From: Lingula anatina
Taxonomy: Eukaryota; Animalia; Brachiopoda
Direction of reading: 5' to 3'
Assembly: GCA_051362555.1 (NCBI GenBank)
Contig: CM120640.1
Location: 28,420,503 to 28,484,502 of the forward strand
Length of the DNA: 64,000 bases
Shown here: piece by piece, positions 28,605-41,928 of the stretch
Layout of the letters: every line of letters starts with the position of its first letter
Numbering within the stretch: position 1 is the first letter of the stretch
The notes under the pieces: model-generated
Seen by the model: only the letters and a program-made list of their open reading frames with translations
Told to the model about the DNA's origin: nothing
Database searches by the model: none
Position numbers and translations under genes: made by a program

Positions 28605-30178
28605 ACAGGCCAAATATAATGAGACTATTGGTACTTTGTCAAAGGCACAAGATTTCTTTCTTTTTTTATTTCCAAAAAGCAAAAATTACCTTGGTGGTAA
28701 GGATATTCTTTTAAGCTGTAATGAAATAACAGGTTGAAAGTATTTTTTTTTATTTAATGGCAATAAGCAGAGAAGCCTGCAACAAAAAGTAATTCTTAAT
28801 TTGTGAAGGAAAATGCAGGAACTACTATAATTACAGAAGGGAGAAGATGTCCACTTAAAGTTTCTTAATTCATTTTTTATCAAAATAAATGACTTAATGA
28901 ACAAAAAATATAACTGCTAGTCCAATTTGTGAATACGTACATATAATATAAAGTATCATGTCTGACTTTAAGGTAAAAGATTTCTCGATTAACCGCGGAA
29001 CTGCACTTTTTTTACACTTGACATGAACAATGCCCAAAAGAAATGTTGGCACTGGGTAGGAGATTATTTTATGACTTGGCAAAGAACTTAAACTAATAAA
29101 ACTTTATAAATAGAGGTAAAGTGTATACTTGTATATCAGTTTTCATTGGTGGTGGTGGAGTCCACCCACTATGGTGTCTATTTTATTGTTACTGCCAATT
29201 CAAGAATTGACATACCCATGTAGCAATCCAAAAATAATTGTAACTTAGTTTTCATATGAGACAGCGTACAGTTTCATGTAGAGAACATGAAAAGTAGGAA
29301 ACTTTTTAAAAAGAACTGTAAATGCATTCAATCTTATCTTACTTATTTAAAGCATTTAGGTGATGGTGCAGGTATTATGAGTTTTGACAAAAGAGGACGT
29401 CACCTGATATTTATTGTGTCAAGCAAGATCAGTTTACAAGCTTAAAGGTGTTTAAGTTGTTAAGGGTTATACCATGAAGTTAGCATCACGCAAACCCAGT
29501 CAAGGTGTATAATTTAAGGATAAATTATTGTCCCATCTTTACCCATTTTTATATATAAAAATGTCGACTTATAAATACCACATATGTAAGGTACAGGGGA
29601 GTTTGAAAGGTAAACAAACCCACCGCAAGTTATTGTAATTCAGCAAGCAAACATTTGAAATACAAAATTTGAAATTAACTTGAAAAGAATTCAAAGCAAA
29701 CAGTCAAATTTCTTTTGTTTGGCAAACAAAAGCTTTGAAAAGCTCTCAATAAAAGAATGGTTGGTATGAAACAAAGTGAAACGGATATATGTTTTAGCGC
29801 CAAAACTAATTCATAGGGTGTACATAAACAAATCACTTGGATTGTCAAATAGTATGCACTTAAACAGTTATAAAAGATATTACTGAATAAAAACAGTACT
29901 TTTATTTGAAGTATACACAGCTATCCGTACCACACCCATATTTATAGGTGGAAAAATACTAAGTGAGTAATAAGTACCGTGTATCTACAAATAACAGGTA
30001 TGTCACCAATGCCCGCAGCCCTGGGTGTGAGAAGATGCTGTGGTTCCCTCCCCCTGCCATTGTTATCAGCACACCTTGACTCAGTGCCTGGCTTTTGGGG
30101 GGTCGAAACAGATTTCTCTTCTGAAGGGAGGTTGATACATCATAGGACTACATATCAAGAATATGTGTATGAATAATA

Positions 30179-30431
30179 TACTCGCAGACTCAGGATTTTG
30201 CTTGGGGGGGGGGGGGTGCAAAAAGGTGAAAATGAGTAAAGCTAAGCTAATATTAGACTTTCAGACAAGAACCATTTTACTGTATTATTTGTACATAGGG
30301 CATAGAAATGAAGAAATTGTTATGCTTATTATACTTCTTTTTTCTTTTTTTTAGGGGGGGTGGGTGGGCAAGAGAGAAGAGGCTTGGGGCTGTTGTCCTC
30401 TTTTCACATGACCCCTCCCAATCTGCGATTG
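30179..30431. mobile_element. Degenerate MITE with G-rich/C-rich subterminal tracts
   Basis: Imperfect TIRs tactcgcagactcagg / cccaatctgcgattg with internal G runs. Flanks gaataata / caatacta match 6/8. Confidence 0.35.
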
Positions 30432-32916
30432 CAATACTATAAAAACACCGACTGTTACATTGTTTGTTCATGTAAATCTTGTAATGACAAAAATACAATT
30501 TTTAATTTTGGATATATATATTTGGGTAATAATAGTTTTCTATAAAATTTCTATAATAATTATCTATAAAAGGCACTAAAAAAAGTACACCTGAAATGTA
30601 ATTACTGATTGTTTTCATGATTGCTTTTTAACTTGTTGTGCAATTAGAAAAAAAAAAGCTCCCAAATTCTTGCAACTTGAGAAGTGCTTCATCATTCAAT
30701 CCTCTCTCCAATTTCAACTCCTGGTTCAACCAACCATTCACTATAATGATGATAAGACAGGACATGGCAACTCACTTCATATCCCTCTGCCTGTGTATCT
30801 CATAATCCAATGCTGACCAAACCTATTGAAAAAGTCCATAAAATGTCGAAAGTCCAATAACAGAAGAAAAATGGTGATTACAGGGTAGTTAAGATGGTAT
30901 CAGGCGTGGGGAGGTGTGGTGGTGAAAGGGACAGTGATATAACATGAAGATGACCTGTAATGATATGGACACCTGGTATCATGCTTGTGCTATATGGGTG
31001 GTGACGACGTAAAGAACCTTCTATAAAAATATAGTTCCTTGCCAGCTCAAAGTTATGTTTCAGTAATTGCTGTTTTCCTACAAGATGTTTATTGTGCCTC
31101 TTAAATATTTAGTTTTCTTCAAAGACCAGCCACTCTAGAGTACGTTACTGTCAAATACTTGGGAATATTTTTATTACTTGTATTAGGGCCCTGGAGGAAC
31201 ACGCTATAAATCTTGATGTCCTGGGATATGTGGTCTCCATACACCACATTTAAATGATACTATCTTTATCTGGTGTCCATTAATTTGAATTAACCCTGTA
31301 AAAGACAATTATGGGGTGTTTGATTTTTTATATTAGATAGGTGCATTAAAACTTAAATCATTCAAACTTGGCTAAGCATTAAGAGGGTACTATGGAGGTG
31401 ATAAAGCCTTTTTTGTGAAATGACAATGAAGAAGGAACAGGAGAGATAATCAAAAGCCTGTGGTAAGCTACATGTATGCTCATGGCCAAAAGAATCATGA
31501 CAATTTGGTCCATGAAATGTTTTATCCTAAATTGACAGGTGTTATTAATATTTACTTTTAATTCATGTTGTAAAAAGAAAATTAGTTGATCAGCTGGAAG
31601 AGCCCATTATTTTTTTTCTTTCATGGATAATTTTTTTTTTGTCTTTTGTGAATGAGGGTTAAATATTAATAGTATGTTTAACATGAAGTTTCAGTATTAT
31701 TTGGTAAGCAGTATTTCTTAAAATCAAGATGAATCATTTTTAAATGAGAGCTCTTTTCACAATTGAAGTGAACAAACATTTTTTGCCAATTCTGATTTGT
31801 ATGCCATTATCTGAAAAAAGTCTCTACTTCTATGCAATATATATCACCTTACGGGATATAATTTAAATCAGCTTTTTTTGTCAAACACCATTGCAAGGTA
31901 TAATAGAAAGAGTTGTACATAAGAAAAACAACCCTAGATATGCTTTAGATGAATTTTATAGCTTGAATATAAACTGTACTTTGAAATCACGGCACCTGGC
32001 TGAAACCAATAGGCAACTTATAAAGCATTCCCTGACTCAAAACACGCCCTGTTGATCAGTATTGAAGAATGTTTTCTCAATAATTAAAGACATATTTCTT
32101 AAAACTTATCTTACATTCCAACAGAAATGAAACTACAATGCAGCAATTTTTACTTCAGCTGTCATGAAAGGTCTTAGGAATAAAAGTTCAGTTTCAGGAA
32201 ATTTGAGACCCTTTTTGAGGACTGACAAATTAATGTAAAAAAATCTGTTAAACATGAACTTGCTGGAGTCTAATCCAAACGTCTTTCGGTTTATGTTTTT
32301 TACATTTTCATGATAATGTGATCCGACATATTACTTCAATAAATAGGCTGAATAATATCTCAGTCTCCAATAGGATCTTACCGGTGGTGTGGGAGGAAGA
32401 GGTTGTTGTCAAAACCTACATGATTGTCAAATAGAACAAGCATGTGTACCCGGAGAGAAGCACATATTATCTTTACTTTTCTTCTAATTCCAAACATTTA
32501 TAATTGGATATGGGAGCATTTATAACAATTATATGTCATTAATCAGCTCTAAATATACTTTTGGTGACTGGTAACATGCTGAAAAGGTGATCATGTAGCC
32601 CTTACCCTGAACAGAGAACATTGCATGCATGTAGATATGTTTGTTCAGCATTGGAATTTTATCAGTGTAATAGAGCACCAAAATAAAGATGAGCAGATTG
32701 TTGATGAATCAGGAGAAAAACATACACCCTGGTAAAATTGGAAGTATATATGATGTAGCCTATAACTGAGTGCAAAAAGCAAAGTAACCATTGGTTCTTA
32801 ATGCATTTGCCATAAGAATTGAGCTACACCGAGTTCAGAGGTTAATCACCTATATTCAGCAATTCTGCCAATAGGGTGGGAGAATCATCCAATCATCAAA
32901 ATTTTAGTTTAACTTA

Positions 32917-33168
32917 GGCTTCGTTCACATGCAATGTCTATTTTCTATTTTCTATTTTCTATTTTCGGTATGTCTTATGATCACGGTCTGTGCACTGAAT
33001 ATCCCGCCGCGTAATTACTGGCAGCGCGAGCCAGTTACTTATAGTAACTTATAGTAACTGGCTCGCGCTGCCAGTAATTACGCCGCGGGATATTCAGTGC
33101 ACAGACCGTGATCATAAGACATACCGAAAATAGAAAATAGAAAATAGACATTGCATGTGAACGAAGCC
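32917..33168. mobile_element. Foldback MITE, PIF/Harbinger type, copy 2
   Basis: Same family as 25469-25725, with a TTA TSD (32914-32916, 33169-33171). The arms are almost perfectly complementary. Confidence 0.92.
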
Positions 33169-34516
33169 TTAGTGTCAACTTGAACAAATACATGATAAAT
33201 TCTTTTGTTATTATGGGAAAAATGTACTAAATCTTCTTTAAATGATAAATAGGCACTGCATTATCATGTTTTTGATCTTGGTTTTGATAAAGAATATGAA
33301 TGAGAGAAATACAAATTCTTGTGTGGAGATTTAAAAATGAAATATTCATTGAAGTATATCTCATAATATTAAATACCTTTGAAATGAAAAAAGCACATAT
33401 AAACAAGACTGCTAATGAAATGACATGGTTGACATAACCAAATGATATGTCATAATTGCAAGAAGTAAGGAAAATCCGAAATAATTTTCGGGATTATGTA
33501 CAAAGGCATGCAAATACCTGTGGGAAGAAGGGCCCCAAATCATATTACAGCTAATTTGCAGGGTGAGTAATACCCTGCCTTAGAAAAAGGTCAAAACACA
33601 AAAGAAGGCATACCATAGGGTGCTATTTCTGACTCACTTTGCAGACAGCAGTTTTTGAAATGCTGCACATATCTTTACATTATTGACCAGAGCTTATTTA
33701 TAAATAGGAAATCTACAAGGTGAACATTTTTAAACAGTTCATTGTATTTTTCTGTGTACACAAAGAGGCAGATACCAAAGTCTCCGATGTTCCACTTTCC
33801 ATGAAATGTTTGAGACAATTAACAAAGCCTGATGTTAGAAAAACAAAATTAAATCATTGCGAAGTCAATATGCACTGGTTTAGGGAGATGATAAAAATGT
33901 GACTAGGTCATTTTACACAAGCTTCCAATGTCCACGCTGAGCAAGAGTCCTTATTTTCTGTAAAATAAGCGATTGTTATCATTATAAATATGTAATAAAC
34001 ACCTGTTGTCTGGAAATTACAGTCTGTAAAGACATAAATTATTACTTCATGTGGAAATGTTTGTCAGGTCATTTCTTTATTTATGATATAGCTAGTGTAG
34101 TAAGATAAATATTTCCCCTTTGGTGCAAGACCACAGGATGTCCTGTCATATAGAATTCACAGAGAGAAGGGAAACAAAGGCATGGGACTAGTCAAACTTG
34201 AAAAGCAGAAAACAGTTATCTATTTCAAATTTTAGTATTATTTTGAGAAGTTGCTTATATTTAGGGAATTTGTACCAGTATTTACATATTTTTTTCTGAT
34301 ATTTTAATGTAGATAGAATTTTCTGTTCAAGATATAAACATTCGTGTTTACTTAGTACAAAACAAGTTTACAACTTAAATTTTAAAAAATATTCATATGA
34401 TAATTCCAATAGATATTTCAAGTATGAAGAAAAAATGCAGCAAAAATAGCATTACATAATGAAATAAACATTTCTATTATTTCATTATTATTTTCAGCTA
34501 TAAAGACTGAAACAAG

Positions 34517-37500
34517 ATGGGAAATACGTCTTCTACAACAACTTACCTTGGTAAAGACCCACCACGCCTGGCGCCACCTAGACCATTGAGGCCACCCAGG
34601 GTTCAACACAGACACCGAGTAGAGCGGCAACCTAGCTATGCAAGACCTGAGAACAGGGTCCTGCCTTTTGGTCTTCCAGCAGAGATGCCTCCACTGAGAC
34701 ACGTTTATAGGCACCATTCTGTGCCTGATCTACTGGAGACCATTGAGGATACTGAAGAGTATGAACTGGACAAGGAAAACTATTATAGGAATATAAACTT
34801 ACAAAGGAGTAACTCATCAAGTGCAATTTTGTCTGGCAGTCGTCCTGTCATCAGACATCAGCGCCAGGACTCGGCACCTTCTGTTCACTTTGATATGAAT
34901 GCTAAGATACCAAAGAGATACAGAAAGAAATACCAGGCCCCGTTGCCACCATGTAACACCCCAAACAGTTTGTCTCGGCAGTCAAGCATGTCACGACAGA
35001 AGCGACAAGCACCAGCACCACCATCAAGTGGTGCATCATCTCCTAGGGGAGAAGTGAAAGCAGCACCACCACCTCCACCTCCACCCCCACCAGCAGTTGC
35101 AGCCTCTGCAAAGCAGGAAAAGCCTGCTGTCCATGGTCTCCCACCAGCAAGGAGCCTCAGCGCACCTGCTTCTACCAAAATGAATGGATCAAATAATTCA
35201 AACAGATCAGCTTTGCTAGATGACATTAAAAAGGCAGCAGATCAAAGAAATGGCCGACCCCCAGTTATCAGACCTCCCATTGACAAACCAAAGACTCCAC
35301 TGGAAATCTTTCAGGAAGAGCTTTCAAATGCCTTTTCTAGCAGAGAAGATCGGCGTGAGAAAGGGGAACTGAATGTTAAGGTTCCAGACAGGACATCAAT
35401 TATCAATGGGAGAAAGGTTACCACAAACATCAATAGTGCTCCTGAAAAAACTGAGAAATCTAGAGAAGTTATTACCCATGAGCCACAAATTATAGACCAA
35501 TCAGACTGGACACCAGAACAAGACTTGGATGGTGAATTAGACGATTCTTTGAGAACACATGTCAAACATGGAAGTGTTGATCACAGTGTGTTCAAGTCCA
35601 GTGGTGCACCATCATCCACACCATCAAAGATAAATAAGAAAAATGACAATAAAATGGAGAAATTTGGCAGCCTAAAGCGCTTTAAAAAATCTATGCAAAA
35701 CGTTGTAGGGTCGATAGGTCGAGCAGCCGGCAAACTCCAGGGTAGAAAGTCTGTGCAATCAATTTTCAGTTCTCAAGAGGGTTACTCTGTCAGCACCTTT
35801 GAAGAAAATGCTGACTCTTATAAGGTAACAGATGATGAGGGTCGGGTGTGGAAGTTGACCCAAATAGACTTGGATTCAGAGACCTCAGAAAAATCTATGC
35901 AACCTAAGGAGAGCACAACTCACTATTCAAGCAATGGGGAGTTTATACTGACAAATGGCCAGCTTCCAAAACAGGACCAACTAGGAGCTTCCCTCAGACA
36001 ACAAGAACTAGACAGATTACAGAAAATTGAGAGAGAACTTGAAGAGCTTAAAGCTCGTGAACAGAACAAGCATGCAGGGTTTTCTGAATATGATGATTCT
36101 CATCGTTATCCACATGGAAATGCAGTTAATATCAAACCTTCCAGGCAGATGATCCCTGAAAAGCATATCCCCCCACCAACAGAAACATACATTACCAGCC
36201 TGCCTAAAAGCAATCAGATGAACAAATGGATGCGGCGACACACTACACATTTTGATGACTATGACAGTGAAGGTGAGGACATGGAAGAACCATACTATGG
36301 AAACAGACCAACCTACAAGTCACCTGAAAGAACTGGTAGAGTGAGATCCAGGCAAAGGCGTGGAGTCACTGCCTACGAGGAGGCCCAGATGCACTTAAAG
36401 CGACCTCAGCATTTCCGTGAGCATCGCCATCATAGTAATCCTCTATTTCAAGACACTAGTGATGAAGAGGGCATGCACACCATGCCAGTTGTCAATAAAA
36501 ATAGAGGCCACCAGGTTCCAAAGCTCATTTCTCATGGTTCGTTTAATGCCAGCACATCTTCTAATGACACAACTCCTCCTCTGGGTGAGCGTACACGTAT
36601 GGCAACAGGGGCAATTTCTGATTATGGAGAACCAGATGGGCAGTCCTCTAATGGTAACAACACACCCACGTCCATGGACAGAAAAGTCATGCTTGATACC
36701 CACCAGTGTCTTGATAGCCCAAGAGAAAAGGATGTCACTGCAATAGATTTGAAAAATCCCAATGTTCAAGTAATCCAGGTCCCAGTTGAAGTTCATGCAG
36801 TGTCCTCTGCCAGTACTCTTCCCAATGGAAATGCCATGGGCATGACAGGGATGCCAGTAATGAATGGGATAATACCTGGCTTGCATACAGGGCTGATGTA
36901 CAACCCTCATCTTGCACCAATGCACATCACCAATGGTCACCACCAGGGGCTTCTCCAACCACAGATGGCCACCTTGAATAATGGTGTCCTCCCAACAACC
37001 ATGTATCCAAATGGTGTACTGAACACCTCCATTGGTGCTGTTCCCCCTCCAGCACCATTTACTATCAACTCATTTAATCTGAATGGTGGAATACCTCCTC
37101 TGGTTCCTCATAATGGACTTCTGGCCAATCAGATGCCTCCACACATGCAGTATGGCACCGGGATATCTCAGCCAGCGGGGTATATACCTAATAATGTGGT
37201 TAACAACACAAACCAAAATGCTGGGTTAGTTATTCCCGATGTTAGACCAGCAGTTCCTGGAAGTGGGGACACTGGACTGACTGTCACCAACTCCATTTCG
37301 AACAAGCCAGACAGTTCCAGTGTTATCAAATCAAAAGCACCTGGAAAACCAGACAACGAACCCTCTACACCAATTACTAGTCCAAATGAGCAAGCATCAT
37401 CTGAAGCTAATACCAATGGGGTTACTTCAGGAGTGGAAAAAGAAACCCCAACAAGTGCTACTGCAGGCAATCCACCAGAGAGTAAACCAGTCACGTTCAG

Positions 37501-39755
37501 TGAAAAGGCAGCTGCCCTCCTGAAGCAGGTGCCATCTAAAAGTAATATCCAGGATGGGGACTCCCCACTCCCTGCTGCAGACCCTACAAAACTGGCTGGA
37601 ACTTCCACATCTTCCAGTCTGCCTGCCAGTAAATCAAATGGTGTGGGGCCAAACTTTTCATTGATGGCCCCACAGAAGTTCAAGCCGGCCTCTCAGCAGT
37701 CTGTCTGCCAGCCCCTGACCGTAACAAAGTAAGTTTTCTTTTTTCATCTTAAAAAACTGAATAAGGAGATTTTAAGGCAATTATTCACAAATTAAGAATA
37801 CCACAGTGTGATGTATGAAAGATTTTCTTACCTCTAGGTAAATTAAGTACATACAAAATCAAACTAGAGTTGTGATTTTTTAATTAAAAATGCACAGTTT
37901 ATAAAAAAGGCATTATTTAAGGTATAAAATTTTTCAGTTCTGTTTGTATTAAGTTAGAAATTAATGAATGTCAAAGTGTTGAAGATGTCATTTTACCAGT
38001 ACCTGGAAATTAACAACTTCTAAGGCATACACATAATTCCGAATGCCAAAATTATCAAATTTATTTTCCAAAAATGTATCTTTCATGTGCAAATACTTCA
38101 TATCTTGACCTAGGGTCACAAATCTCTTTCCACTAGTTGAAAATAATATATTAGTCTGCACCTATGGTGATATTTGAGTAAAGCTCTATAACATGGAACT
38201 GTTGACAGGCCTGTGAATAGGGATGCTGTAATAATCAAAGGGGTATTTCTATGCTACACACTAGGCTGGACAAGGCATTGTCAAACCTGTTGATACAGGA
38301 ATTCCAGGTGAATAATTACAATAATTGGGGGACACAGCGTGCTTGTGAAGAAGTCAATGTCTACAAGTACATTTCCTAAAACTGAGATGTTACATGGGAT
38401 ATTCACTATTTATGGACTCCGTGGATGTAGATGTTGGGATTGATAAATGATGTGATGCTATGTGTGATATGGTATCTGAGAGATAGGGGACGGACGGTTG
38501 CCCAAAAGAGCTTGTATGCCTTAAGGTGGCCCAAACTTTGAGGCCAAAAGTATAGTTTCATCTAGCCATAATAAATCAGAAGTAGTCTAATTAAATGAAA
38601 TCCCATTCTAGCGTTATAACTTGGAAGACATGGGTTGTTTAATTTTAGTTACTAAATTTTTAGTGGATTTATAGATTTAGCCCCAAAAAAGTGCAAGTCT
38701 TTAGTCTAAAAGATGAGAGCAATATTTGGTCTAAAAATCATTAAATCAGCCCCAAGACAACTAATTAGTCCTTCAGGAAGGCTTTTGACTACACTAGTGG
38801 GCTTGATTTGGTCTTAAAGTGCAATTTAAGTTCACAAATAGTCTTACATGATCTTAGACCATAAGTAAGGCCATTTCTGGTCTGACAGCCAATTAAGTTG
38901 TCTCCCCTTACAGATTCTCCTATTGTGAGTAGAGGTGTTCTCTATTGTGAGGGGAGGCATCCCCCATTGTGAGGGGAGGAAACTGCTTGACCACATAAGT
39001 AGATGTTAGATAATTTTTGATCTTAAAAGCAGATTCAGTCCATTTTAAGACTACTGATGTAATGTTTAAGATCGTGTAAGATCACTTGTGAACTTAAATT
39101 GCACTTTAAGACCAAATCCAGCCCACTAGTGCTAGTACATGTATCTTCTAGGCCCAGTATGACAATGCACCTATTAAATTGAAAGTTGAACTTTAAGACT
39201 GAGTTTTTGGTTACTTAAATCCAGGAAAATCTGCTAAGGTTTACTAAAATAAAGTTAATATTGTTTTATAAAATTAGCTATTTTTCATTTTTATAACAAC
39301 AGGCAGATATTCTTACTAATAAGTTGAGTTCTATTAAAAATCTTGGATCAAACTGGACAATAATTTTAAGCCTTTAAGATGAAACCAGGTTCTCACTCTG
39401 TAAATCCTGCAGCCAACAAAAATGCAAGCTACTGAACCGAGTGCTAACAATGTTGTAGCTGCACGCCTATAGCATTTTAATTCCCCACGCATGAGTACAT
39501 AAATTTGAGGTTTGCACTTCACCAAAATATATGTATTCTATGTTACACTAACAAAAATTTACAAAAATATTTTCTGGAATTCCTTTTATAATTATGCCAA
39601 GAAAGGTCATTGAATTCCCCCCCTTTTTATGTCAATTTTTACCATTAAAAAAAAAAAAACTATGAAAGTAAAATTATGAATAACTATTAAAAGATAAATC
39701 CACTTTTTTGTTTTCCCTTTATAGTTCTGAAGGAGAGATGATTACAAGATTCTGA
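34517..39755 (+). CDS. Uncharacterised proline-rich, largely disordered protein (~1080 aa), putative membrane/actin scaffold
   Basis: 3.2-kb uninterrupted exon (acceptor ttttcag at 34497, ATG 34517). A donor AA|gtaagt at 37728 joins in phase 2 to exon 39725-39755 (NSEGEMITRF*). Unspliced, the ORF stops at 37732. No globular domain recognised. Confidence 0.85.
38792..39131. mobile_element. Non-autonomous CACTA (EnSpm/CMC) element
   Basis: Termini CACTAGTG...CACTAGTG, ~68-bp TIRs (62/68 by manual count), 3-bp CTA direct repeat on both flanks, and internal ~22-bp tandem repeats (cctattgtgaggggagg-like) at ~38916-38980. Confidence 0.8.
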
Positions 39756-41337
39756 AGCACGAAAACATGGAATGAAGATAAACTATTAGGTAAGAACTAG
39801 ACATTAATTAATTTTTTTTGTCATAATTTATGTTGATCTTTATATCCACCACTGAAGGAACAATTTTTTTTCTGCCTGTTCACTTTCTACTTCGGTGCCT
39901 TTTCCTATTTCCTGCTTTCAATGTGACATCCCTCTAAAAGTTAGATACTATTACTTAAAATAACAGCCCTGCCTTGTCACTTATCTGATCTAATAAAATT
40001 GGCAATATATATGGTTGTCTCTTCTCGTGATGTAATAAAATTATTTACAGCTAAGTCTTCACTTTAATTTAGGTAACTTATGACAACACATGATAGGTCA
40101 CATGACAGATGGTGCAGCCTTCTAGACATGAACACCCATGACAAACCAGACATGCAGGAAACACGGCTCTACCACCTTTGGATGAACCTTTTCCCTGGAG
40201 GGCACCCATGTGGAGATCTACATGCTGAAATATGTCTTCCTTTTCCTATTTAGCCTTTGGACATTGAATGTAAAGAGAGATGGCTTTAGTTCCCTGGTTC
40301 TAGTTACATAAGAAAAAGATGTGGTTCAGGGTACATTTTGTAATGGGTTGATCTCAAACCTTTTTCATTTGGGATGTTTTAAATTTGTAATTTTAAACAA
40401 CATTGAAAGGAATAGTAACTATAAAAATTGCAATTATTATTATTTTTATTATTATCATCATCCAATATACATATATAACAAATATTCAATTATTTGCAAA
40501 GATCATGAGTCATAGTTTAATAAAAGCCAATATATATATGAAGAAATAATAAATGAAACTTATAACTGAAAGAGTTCTACAGATGTCACAGTGCTGTATG
40601 AATATTGCCAATTCTTTATAAGATATGACAACAAAACTTGGAGAAATAATGGGAACATTATTTTTAACATAAAAACTGTAAACAATTGGCAGAATTACAA
40701 GAAAAAAACCTGGTAAAAATAAACAATTTAACAATACTTGAAAGGGGATAAATCACTAAGTGCACATGCATTCCAATGAGAAATTCCTCATTTTTCGAAA
40801 CCAGGTTTCCAAATCTTGTCAGTATCTGAACATCTTAGCATCTGAGGCATTGTGCCAGGCTCATAGCCTGCTGGACAGAACTATTTACCTGGCAAGGTAT
40901 TTGGTCTTCAATATTGAGGCCGGATTGGAATAATCAAAAACAAACAATGCTCCAACATTACATTTTTAGAATTATATAGTCAAAAGGTACGGGAGAATAT
41001 AAAGTGATCTATTATTTTTATATGAAATATCTTATCAAAGCTATACTCAGTGCATTAAATCAAAACATTCTAATATTTGCACAAATGTATGTAGTAAACT
41101 GTCAACCACTGCATTTTGTAACATCATCACTTTTCTATTTCTGCTATTATCACAGTCTGTAGTGTTAAATAAGACAGAGGGCAGTATATGGATGTTCTCA
41201 TTGAATGATATCTCTTTACCCATGTAATATCATATTAATCAATAATTTCATGGTACTTGAACTATATTGAAGTGTTTGTACATAGCCATGTGACTTTAAT
41301 TCACAACTGATTTTCCTGCTCTCAGTCATTATAATTA

Positions 41338-41393
41338 CCAACATGAAAGAGATATCTGTTGATCACCAACATGAAAAAGATATCTGTTGATCA
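41338..41393. repeat. 28-bp tandem duplication
   Basis: ccaacatgaaa(g/a)agatatctgttgatca x2, one mismatch. Confidence 0.85.
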
Positions 41394-41928
41394 CAATGCT
41401 CATTGTTTATATCATATTCATAACTTTCTTTGCAGGTGCCTGTACACATCAAGTTTCAATAACGGAAATAAAGGGTTTTTATATCGAAAAATGTATGATT
41501 GTCGGAAGTCAGTTCAAGCTCAAAGGAAGAATTTCACAGTTCATCTACTTTAATTTACTAGTACTAATGTCAATTCATGAATTTTTGGGATTTATTATAA
41601 CACAATTTTGAACATTATTTTTCTCAAAATAGCCACATAGCCCAAGTGAATGGACTATAGAATGCATTTCATCAACTAATTACTAGAAAACCTAGATAAA
41701 TTTTGACAAAAAACTAGTTTTATTTTATGTCATTACATTAAATTTATAAGTAAAGCAACTGTAAAGGAAAAATAATGTATGATGAAGATTCTCCTCCAAA
41801 GGAAAGCTGTAGGTGAAAGAGCAAGAATTTCATAGCCCTTTATTATATATCAGTTTCTGTATGGGTCTAATCAGTTTGATAATCCATATGAACATTTATT
41901 AAATACATAAAAATTAAAATCTACCTTT

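Noticed and set aside
34418-37683. Antisense and alternate-frame ORFs up to 171 aa over the orphan gene
   Set aside because: Expected shadows of a long coding exon; no independent signals.
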